Below are positions 55,295-64,000 of a stretch of 64,000 bases of DNA, piece by piece. The translations under genes and the position numbers were made by a program. This stretch comes from Scenedesmus sp. PABB004 (taxonomy: Eukaryota), in the NCBI GenBank assembly GCA_014905635.1, contig JABVCE010000011.1, forward strand, positions 558,001 through 622,000. The letters are read 5' to 3'. The notes beneath the pieces were generated by a model. That model was not told the DNA's origin. It did no database searches and saw only the letters and a program-made list of their open reading frames with translations. Each line of letters starts with the position of its first letter. Positions within the stretch are counted from its first letter, which is position 1.

Positions 55295-58093
55295 AGGCCG
55301 GTGCAGTGTTGCAAATCTGCGGCGGCTGCTGCGGCCCCAGTGCGTGGCGAGCTGCCGTGCCGACCGCGGCCAGGCAAGCGCGTGCACAGAGCGAGGCCAG
55401 CGCGCCCCCCGTGCTGCGCGCCAGCCGCCAGCGACCGCCGCCAGGCTACAGCTCCAGCTCAGGGCTACACAGAACGGCATCGGCCGGCAGCCTGGCAGGC
55501 CCGCTGCCCACCCCGCCGCGCGGCTTGAGCCCCTGCGCTGCCGCCGCCGCGCCGCGCGACGCAGCCGCCCGCGCGCGCCGCGCACCCCCCAGTCCCCGCG
55601 TGCCCCGGCAGCGCGCCGACGCCCTGCAGTGCGCCAGGAAGCGCCATGGCGGCCAGCTCGCCCGCCCGGCGCGGCGCGGCGCCGCCGCCCGACGACGGCG
55701 CGAGCCCGCTGCTGCGCGCGCTCGCGGCGCTGGACGACGGCGTGTGGGCGGAGGCGCTGCTGCCCAAGCTCCGGGCGGACACCGGCAGCGCGCCCGCGTT
55801 CGCGCTGGCCTGCAGGGAGGCGCGGCGGCTCGTGCAGAGCAGCGCGGCGGCGCTGTCGCTGCGCGCCGCCGACTGCGCGCACGCGGCCCCGCTGGCGCGC
55901 CTGGGGCAGCGTTTCACCGGCTGCAGCGAGGTGGCCTTCGTCCTGGCCAGTCCCGGCGACGCCGGCGCGCCGCTAGCGACGCTGCTGCCCGCGCTCGCGA
56001 GGCGAGCGGCGGCGGGCGGCGCGCGGTCGGCCGGGGCGTGTCGGTGTCTTGGGGGTGACGCGCGTGCGTGCGGCAAGCAGCTGTCCAGGGGAATCCATAC
56101 GGAGGGCGGCTCACCCTCCGCGCCGCCACACCTGCCCGCATCTGCACCTGCAGGCTGCCGCGGCTCACGTCGCTGCGCCTGGACGCGGCAGCCAGCGCCG
56201 CCGCCAGCGAGCCGGCAGCCATTGCACCGGCGATTGCGGCAATGGCAGCACAGCTGCCAGGCCTGCGGTCGCTGGAGCTGGCGCCCAGCAGCAGCTGGGA
56301 GGGCAGCGACGCCGCGTGGCGCGTGCTCGGCCTGGCGACGCAGCTCACGCGCGTCGCGGTGCGCTTTGATTGGCAGCTGCGCTCACCCGTCACACTGCAC
56401 CACCTGTCGGCGCTGACCGCCATTAGTGGCCTGGCGAGCCTCGTTGTTGGAGGGGGCTATCTGCACGGCCCGCAGCACTACGGCTCCCTGGCCGGCCTCC
56501 TGGCGCTGACAGAGCTCGAGCTGCCCCTCGTGTGGGACTGTCAGGGCCTGGACGCCATTGCTGCCTGCACCGGCCTGCGGAGCCTCGTGCTTCCGGCACA
56601 GCATAGCATTGATGATAGCGGCACCCTTGTCCGGGCGGCGCTGGGCGAGGCGGAGTGCGCGGCGATCGCGCGGTGCACGCGGCTCACCAACCTGAACATG
56701 CTGGTGGAGCAAGGCTCCGACCCGCACCTCCTGGCGGCGCTGGCGGCGCTGACGGGCCTGCAGGACCTCACCATCGAACAGCTGTCGCGCGCGTCGCTGC
56801 GGTCCCTGGCGAGCTTGAGCCAGCTCACTCGGCTGGAGAGCAGAGGGTGGAGGGCGCCGGCGGAGGGGCCGGCGGCAGCGCAGCCTGCCCGTCAGTGGTG
56901 GAGCTGTGCGGCAAGGGCCCGGTGCTGTTTGAGGCTTTCCCCATCCTGCGCGACGTAGTGCAACACAGCACGTGGCCGGCCGCCACGCTGCATCAGCTGA
57001 GCATGCACTGCTGCGGGCTGACGGCGCTTCATATGGTTTTGTGCGAGCACTGGGCAGAGCCCAGCTTTGAGGCAGGCGTTGGCACCCAGGCGGAGCGCGT
57101 GGCGGCGCTGCGCGGCCTGGCCGGCCTCAAGGGGCTGCGCGCGTTGGGTCTGTCAGCCAGCGACGACGCGGAGGTGGCGGCGCTGGGCGCGGCGACGCAG
57201 GTCACCTGCCTGGTCCTGCGCGTGCCGGAGGGGAGCGCGTGCACGGCTGCCGGGCTGATGGCCCTTGCGCGCATGACCTGGCTGCGCGATGTCTGGCTGG
57301 AGCTGTTGGGGCTCGAGCTGAGCGGGGAGGAAGCCGGGGCGTGGCTGCGCGCGCTGCGCTTTGCGGACGACGTACTCGTGTCGGTGACGGACGAGGGCCA
57401 GCGCGCGGTGTGGGCGGGCGCGGCGGCCGCGGCAGCGGCGCACGCGCCTGACGCGGCGCCGGCCGACTGGTTTGAGGTGGAGGTGGTGCGGCCGGTGCAG
57501 GAGCCCGCACCGCCGGCCGCCGGCGTCTGGTCGGGGAGCGAGGACGAGTGGGAGGAGTGAGATGGCTCTGCGCTGGGCAGTACTAGCGTCTGGCTCTTTG
57601 CGCGAGCTGCGTGTGGATCGAGCGGGGGCGGTCGGCGGCGGTGAGGTTGAGGCTGTGCGGTGCCAGAGTGCGTGCATGATGTGCTCCGCATGCGCGTGCG
57701 GCCGCCGTGCCGCGCGCGGGGGGCCTGGCGCGCGCCCCCAGGCCGGTGCCGCAGTGTTGCAAAGCTGTGGCTGCTCCGGCCCCAGTGCGTGGCGAGCTGC
57801 AGCGCCGACCGCGGCCAGGCAAGCGCGTGCACATCTGTGAGCGAGGCCAGCGCGCGTGCAGTGCTGCGCGCCAGCCGCCAGCGACCGCCGCCAGGCTACA
57901 GCTCCAGCTCAGGGCCCCACAGAGCGACATCGGCAGGCAGCCTGGCAGGCCCCCCACCCGCCGCGGCTCAAGGTTGCACCCCTGGGCCGCCGCCGGTGCG
58001 CCGCGCGGCCGCCCACGAGCGCCGCGCACAGCCCACTCCGCGCCCCGCGCCCCGGCAGCGCTCCGACGCCCTGCAGCGGCCCAGGAGGCGCCA
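55295..58093 (+). repeat. ~350-bp imperfect direct repeat (55295-55646 and 57740-58093) flanking the LRR-like gene
   Basis: Shared blocks such as ccagtgcgtggcgagctgc, gccgaccgcggccaggcaagcgcgtgcaca and gtgctgcgcgccagccgccagcgaccgccgccaggctacagctccagctcaggg; copy 1 is the region immediately upstream of ATG 55646. Confidence 0.9.
55646..57560 (+). CDS. LRR/RNI-like protein with degenerate F-box-like N-terminus
   Basis: Exon 55646-56001, GC-AG intron, exon 56154-57560; 'FALACREARRLV', LTSLRL, LRSLEL, LTELEL, LRSLVL, LTNLNM, LQDLTI, LTRLES. One -1 frameshift near the G run at 56865-56868. Confidence 0.65.
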
Positions 58094-58442
58094 GAGCGAG
58101 TAGCAGCGGCCCTCCTGCAGGTACACGACGTACGGCCAGTCCTGCGAGCAATACGAGTAGCACCTGCGGGCGGTCGGCACGGTGCGCGGCAGTCTCGGCA
58201 CTCGCGCGGCGGGCCGACCTTCCACGCCGCCGCCGGCGCGGGCGCCGCCGCGCCGCCGCCGCCTGCGCGGGCGCGCTGTGGACTCACAGGCCGCTCTGCA
58301 GCAGCTGGCCCTGCGGGCAGGCCGTGGGGATGGCGCCTAGGCCGCGGTCGACTGTCTCCTTTGCGCACGCGCCCTGCGCTGCGGCGCCGCGGAACTGCCC
58401 GGAAGCCGCCACCAGCAGCACCACCAGCACCGTCGCCCGCAT
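58092..58442 (-). pseudogene. Truncated tandem copy (exons 1-2 only) of the small Cys-rich secreted protein gene
   Basis: Near-identical to 60621-60971; homology ends at the exon2/intron2 boundary, where it joins the LRR upstream repeat. Confidence 0.75.
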
Positions 58443-59065
58443 CCCGCGGTCTGGAGCGGCCGGCGCGCGCTGCGCGGGCGAGCGCCGTCGGCGAGCTGCA
58501 GCGAACGGGGCGCTGGGCGCGTCCTGGCGGGCGCGGATGCTACGTGGCGTCAACCGGTTGCCGACTGCGTTGCGCGCACGGGGGACTAACGCCACCGAGT
58601 GCGACGGCGGGCGTGCGGGTCGCCGTGATGACATGGCGAGTAAAACCCACCGCCGCGGCGCCGCTGGGCCGCCGCCGCCGCCGCCCCGCGCGCGCAATCG
58701 GCAGACTGACCGGCCGCGAGTCTGTTGAGTGAGCTGAACGCGCCAGCCGCGTCTGTGTCGCCGCTGGCGCGCACCCGCAACCGACCCGCGCACCCCCCAG
58801 CGCCGCGCGGCGCGCCATAGCACGCGCCAGCGTGAACCTCGGACCGCCGCACGCCCGTCGCGGCCGCCTGCAGCGACCGCGGGCCGGCTCGCCGGAAGGC
58901 CGCCGGAGGCGCAGCCGCGCAGTCTGCGGCCTCCCGCGGCCTGCCGCGCACGCAGCCGCCCACATGCTGGCCGGCGCTACCGGTGCGCCTGGCGCTCGTG
59001 CCCGGCTCCTGCTGCTGCTGCTGCTCCTGCTGCTGCTTCTGCTCCTGCTGCCACAGGCGTGCGAG

Positions 59066-60971
59066 CTAGGCGCCGGCACCGCGGCGGTAGCGGCCGGCGC
59101 AGCTCGGCAGCGCCGCCGCACCCAGCTCCGCGCACGCAGTGAACGGGGTCCCTGGCGGCGCGCAGAACTGCCCGCAGTCCACGTAGTCTGGCGGGCAGCG
59201 CCGTGTGCACATGTTGAGCAGGCTGACGTGGCCCTCCGGGCAGCTGCGGCGCGGCGTGGGCGGCGGCGTCGGCTTGCAGGCGGCGCGCGCCGCGCGCGCC
59301 CTGCGGCCCAGCGCGCCGGCGCATGCCGCCCCCGCCGCACGAGCTGGCAGCCCCGCACCTCGCCCAGCACAGCCCGCTCTCGAGCACCTTCCCGGCCTCG
59401 CACACGGTGGGGACGCGGCCCTCCATGCCTGCGGCGCGCGCGCGGCGGGCGCGGCGGCGGGTGGGCGGCGTGCGGGCACCGCAGCGGGGCGCGAGCGGCG
59501 CGGTGCGGCGCGGCGCGGCGCTGTGCGTGGGCTGCCTGCCTCCCCGCTGCCCCGCCAGCGACGCACTCTCTACTTGCTTGCTGTACACATTGACCACGCT
59601 CACAGGCTTCGGGAAGCGCACCTCGCGCGGCGTCGGCAGCGGCTGCGCGGCGCGGCGGCGGCAGCCGCGTAGGCGGCAGAGCCCGGGCGCGCGCTCGGGC
59701 GCGGCGGCACGGCGCGGCGGCACGGCGCGGCGGCGGCGGCGCGCGCGCGCGCGCGCGCTCACCTTGGGGCGCACCGCGCGCGCATAGCGGGGGCGCGGCA
59801 CGATCTGCGCTTCGCGCTCGCACGTGCAGCCCCTGTCCTCGTAGCCCGCCTGGCAGTTGCTGCAGCACACGCCCTGGGTGCAGCAGCAGGGCTTGCGGAC
59901 GACCTGCGCGGTGGAGCGGGCGTGCAGCCGGCTCGGCCCGGGCCAGCCGCGCCCGCGGGGCGCCGCCTTCCCGCCGCTGGGCCGCGGACGTTCTCGCACG
60001 CACCGAGTGGGCGCGGAAGCACGTCGCGCCGAGCGGGGCAAAGCCGTCGGGGCAGGCGCCCAGGCAGTCCACGCCCGCGCTCACGTCGCCCTCCTCGCAC
60101 TTGGCCAGGCAGCCCAGGCCCGGCACGTCCTGGGGTCGTGCCGGCGGCGGCGGCGCGGCGGCTGTGAGCGCCCTCCGAGGGGGCGCCTCCCGTCCGCGGC
60201 CTTGACAGCCCTGCTTCGTGTGCAGGCCGCGCCCCCGCGCCGCGCGCCGCCCGCCCACCTCTTCGTCGGCGCTGCAGCTGCCGCCCGCGCACCAGCTGAC
60301 CGCCGGCCCCGCCTCGGGCGCACTCGGGTCGGGCGCGAGGCCGTTGATGCAGTCAAACCGGCACAGCTCGCCGCCGGCGTCGCGCGAGAAGCCGGGCGGG
60401 CAGGCCCCCGCGCACACGCCGTCCTTGGGCGCCGAGCCGTCGGGGCAGGTCGTCGCGACCTGGCTGCACGTCAGGCCGCGCCGACCCACTGGGTCGCTGT
60501 CTGTGTAGCCCGGCGGGCCTGCGGGCGGCGGCGGGGCGGGCGGGCGTCGGCGGCGGGCCGGGCGCGCGTCGGCGGCGGGGTCCCGCGTCCCCGCGGCTGA
60601 CGGCGGCGCGCCGGCACGCACAGAGCGAGTAGCAGCGGCCCTCCTGCAGGTACACGCCGTACGGCCAGTCCTGCGAGCAATACGAGTAGCACCTGCGGGC
60701 GGTCGGCACGGTGCGCGGCAGTCTCGGCACTCGCGCGGCGGGCCGACCTTCCACGCCGCCGCCGGCGCGGGCGCCGCCGCGCCGCCGCGGCCTGCGCGGG
60801 CGCGCTGTGGACTCACAGGCCGCTCTGCAGCAGCTGGCCCTGCGGGCAGGCCGTGGGGATGGCGCCTAGGCCGCGGTCGACTGTCTCCTTTGCGCACGCG
60901 CCCTGCGCTGCGACGCCGTGGAACTGCCCGGAAGCCGCCACCAGCAGCACCACCAGCACCGTCGCCCGCAT
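59066..60971 (-). CDS. Small secreted Cys-rich protein; stand-alone paralog of the Cys-rich module in 39206-50809
   Basis: Signal 'MRATVLVVLLVAASGQFHGVAAQ'; 'DRGLGAIPTACP', 'WPYGVY...RCY', 'DSDPVGRRGLTC', 'TCFRAHS', 'KPCCC', 'GYEDRGCTC', 'CTRRCPPDYVDCGQFC'; about 8 exons, TAG at 59068-59066. Confidence 0.8.
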
Positions 60972-61492
60972 CCCGCGGTCTGGAGCGGCCGGCGCGCGCT
61001 GCGCGGGCGAGCGCCGTCGGCGAGCTGCAGCGAACGGGGCGCTGGGCGCGTCCTGGCGGGCGCGGATGCTACGTGGCGTCAACCGGTTGCCGACTGCGTT
61101 GCGCGCACGGGGGACTAACGCCACCGAGTGCGACGGCGGGCGTGCGGGTCGCCGTGATGACATGGCGAGCAAAACCCACCGCCGCGGCGCCGCTGGGCCG
61201 CCGCCGCCGCCGCCCGCGCGCGCAATCGGCAGACTGACCGGCCGCGAGTCTGTTGAGTGAGCTGAACGCGCCAGCCGCGTCTGTGTCGCCGCTGGCGCGC
61301 ACCCGCAACCGACCCGCGCACCCCCCCAGCGCCGCGCGGCGCGCCATAGCACGCGCCAGCGTGAACCTCGGACCGCCGCACGCCCGTCGCGGCCGCCTGC
61401 AGCGACCGCGGGCCGGCTCGCCGGAAGGCCGCCGGAGGGGCAGCCGCAGCGCGCGCCGAGCGCCGCCTGCCGCGCACGCAGCCGCCCGAGTG

Positions 61493-64000
61493 ATGGCGCG
61501 GGGAGGCGCCCTGGTGCTCGTGGTGCTCCTGGCCCTGGCCGCTGGCGCTGCAGGTGGCTGGCCGCGCGGCGGGGCAGCAGCGGCCTTCCTCGGTGCCGCC
61601 GGCGCGGTGCCGCCGCGCTGCGGCGGCGCGCCACCGCTCCTTCGCCGCCGCCCTGACCCGCTCTCCCGCCCCGACTCGCGCGCAGGCCAAAATGCGACGC
61701 GCTGCGGCCTGAACGCGCGCTTGAAGGACGGGCGCTGCCTGTGCGTCCGGCCCTTCACGCGCGTGCCGCGCACGGGCGACTGCTGCCTGGCAAACCAGTA
61801 CGTCGCGGGCAGCGGCGCGCAGCGGCGCTGTGCCTGCCGGCGCGGCTACGTCTTCTCGGCTGCCACGCAGAAGTGCCGCGCGGGTGCGCGCCGACGCCGC
61901 CGCCGCGCCGCGCAGCCGCGCCCGCCGCCGCAGCGCGGCCGCCCCCTCGCGCGCGATGGTGACCCCCCGCCGCCGCGCCGCGCCTCGCGCCGCAGCCGCC
62001 GCCTCGGCGAGCGCGCCGGAGGTCTTTGCCCTGCCCGCCGCGGTGCACGCGGACGCGGCGGCGGCGGCGGCGGCGTGCCGCAACGCCAGCGGCGGCGCGG
62101 CGCTCGCGACGCTCGCGCAGCTGACCGCCGCGCGCGCGGCGGGCGCGGACTGGTGCGACTGGGGCTACGTGATGGCGACGTCGGACGGCGCCGACGGCGG
62201 CGCGCCGCTCGCCGCATTCCCCGGCGGCAAGTGCGCGACCGACCGGGGCGAGGCCGCCGGCGTGCAGACGCGCGCCGCGCCCGACGCGCTCGTCGGCGCG
62301 GTGTGCTTTGGCATCAAGCCCTTTGAGGGCACCGCCGGCGTGGCGCCGTTCAGCGCCGCCGCGTGGACGCAGTGGGGTGCGCGCGGCGCGGGACGGCGGG
62401 CGCGGCAGGCAGCCCGCCGCGCGCGCGCCGCCGGGCCCCGCGCACGCCCGTCGCCCCCTCCCTCACGCCGGCGCCCGCCCGCCGCGCCGCGCCGCAGTGT
62501 GCATGTACGCCGGCCTGCCGCCCGCGCCCGGCGGCAGCGCGTGGCCCACCACGTGCAGCTACACAGCCGTCGGCGGCGTCTGCGCCGGCGTGTGCGGGGG
62601 GCGGGGCGCGGGGCTGTTCTACTCAATGTGTATCGGCGGCAGCTGGGCGCCGCCCGTGGGCGACTGCAAGGTCACATGTGAGCTAGCAGCGCGCACGCGG
62701 GCCGGGCGGGGCGCGGTATCGGCGCGGCGCGCGTGCGACGCGCGGGTCGCGGCGCCCGCCCGCCGCGCGGCGCCCGCCCCCGCGCACGCCGACGCCCGCC
62801 CGCACGACCGCCCGCCCAGACTGCCCTGGCAACCCGCCGAACCCGCCGAGCGGCAAGTTTGAGTGCGCCGCGAGCGCCAGCGTGGGCACGACCTGCAACG
62901 CCACCTGCAGCGACGGCGGCGCGGCGTCGGCGGCGTGCCAGGCGGACGGCACCTGGGGCCCCATCATGGGCGCCTGCAAGATCGGTGAGCATCCCCCCCT
63001 GGCGCGCAGCGCAGCCGGGCGGGGCAGGCCTGCGGGCGCGCCACGCTCACGCGCGGCGCGAACCCGCCCCGCCGCCGCCGCGCAGCCTGCTTCGCGCGGG
63101 ACCTGCCCGCGGCGCCGGCCAACGGCGTGTGGCTCGCGGCCGACTGCGCCGAGGTCGCGCCGGGTGGCAGCTGCAAGGCGCAGTGCGCCCCCGGCACGGA
63201 GGGGGCGCCCACCATCTCCTGCGGCGCGGACGGCACGTGGCAGGCCAGCAGCGGCGCCTGCACGCCCTCCACCGTGGCCTGCACCGGCTCGCCGCCTGCC
63301 CTCACCAACGGCGTGTTCAACTGCGGCGCGTCGACCCCGCACGGCAGCAACTGCACGGCCGCCTGCAACCCGTGAGCAGGCGCCGCCGCCCGGCCGGGCT
63401 GTGCGCGTCCAGGCCAGCCCGCCCGACCCCTGCCCGCGTCGCCGCGCCGCGCAGGTCATTCTTCGGCGAGCCGGCGGGCGCCCCGCTCGCCGTGTGCCGC
63501 AACGGCAAGTGGGATGCAGTCGTGGGCCAGTGCCTCGCAGGTGCGCTGCCGCGCGGAGGTGGCTGGCCGCGCACGCCCAGCAGGCCGGCGGCGCGAGGCG
63601 CCCGCGCGCCGCGCTCGCGCGCCGACCGCCCGCTGTCCGCCACGCCGCGCAGGCTGCTCCGGCGCGCAGCTGCCCGCCGCGCCGGCCAACGCGCAGTGGG
63701 AGGCCTGCCCCAATGCAGGCACGGGCGGGGTCTGCCGTGCCAAGTGTGCCGCCGACTACGCCGGCGCGCCCGCCGCCGTGTGCACGGGGCCGGGCACGGG
63801 CTGGGCGGTCGCCGGCACGTGCGTCGCCGCGCCCTTGTCCTGCTCTGGCAGCCCGCCCGACCCGGCCAACGGCGCGTTTGACTGCGGCCCCTTCACCGTG
63901 CGCAACGCCGCCTGCAACGCGACGTGCCGCCCCGGCTTTGCCGGCGCGCCGACGGCCACGTGCGGCGCCGACGGCAAGTGGGGCGCGGTGACGGGGGTCT
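61493..64000 (+). CDS. Second secreted EGF-like/Link/sushi-repeat protein (paralog of 34986-38704); runs off window end
   Basis: Signal 'MARGGALVLVVLLALAAGAA'; 'CGLNA...DCC...CACRRGYVFSAATQKC'. Link exon 61996-62376 'ACRNASGGAALATLAQLTAARAAGADWCDWGY...VCFGIKPF'; six CCP-like repeats collinear with the paralog. Confidence 0.8.

Larger units (their letters stand above)
58092..61487 (+). repeat. ~870-bp near-identical direct repeat (58092-~58961 and 60621-~61487; offset ~2529 bp)
   Basis: Only a few substitutions or indels seen until ~58917/61447; covers exons 1-2 of the Cys-rich gene and the bidirectional promoter. Confidence 0.95.

Noticed and set aside
55295..58093. Direct repeats flanking an ORF considered as LTRs of a retroelement
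   Set aside because: No TG...CA termini, PBS/PPT, TSD or gag/pol motifs were seen. The internal gene is an intron-containing LRR-like gene and the repeat is its own upstream region.
58964..59070. Plus-strand ATG followed by poly-Leu, resembling a signal peptide downstream of the duplicated promoter
   Set aside because: It is a CTG/CAG microsatellite in the 3' UTR of the minus-strand Cys-rich gene; the frame continues antisense to that gene with no recognisable domain.

Overview
Very GC-rich, intron-dense eukaryotic nuclear DNA. Short GT/GC-AG introns, TGTAA poly(A) signals and TTTAGGG-type repeats point to a chlorophyte green alga, possibly Sphaeropleales (inferred). The raw ORF track is mostly spurious, so gene models were built by hand from splice sites and motifs. 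Genes in order: SulP/STAS/cNMP transporter (5'-partial), bZIP-like hypothetical, LUC7, EamA/DMT transporter, ABCG half-transporter, RGG-rich hypothetical, UDP-sugar pyrophosphorylase, F-box/LRR-like protein, type-I membrane protein, coiled-coil hypothetical, secreted EGF-like/Link/9x sushi-like protein, a giant secreted beta-repeat/Cys-rich/chitin-binding-like protein, PTEN, an LRR-like protein, a small secreted Cys-rich protein plus a truncated tandem copy, and a second Link/sushi paralog (3'-partial). The most interesting signal is a head-to-head gene pair, [Link-sushi <- ~0.5 kb -> Cys-rich secreted protein], present twice in inverted orientation; copy 1 has a dyad-symmetric intergenic region. 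Other highlights are a 97-bp exon/intron inverted repeat looping out a splice donor, frequent GC-AG introns, a deletion-like junction fusing two tandem duplications, and recurrent -1 homopolymer frameshifts that are probably assembly errors.
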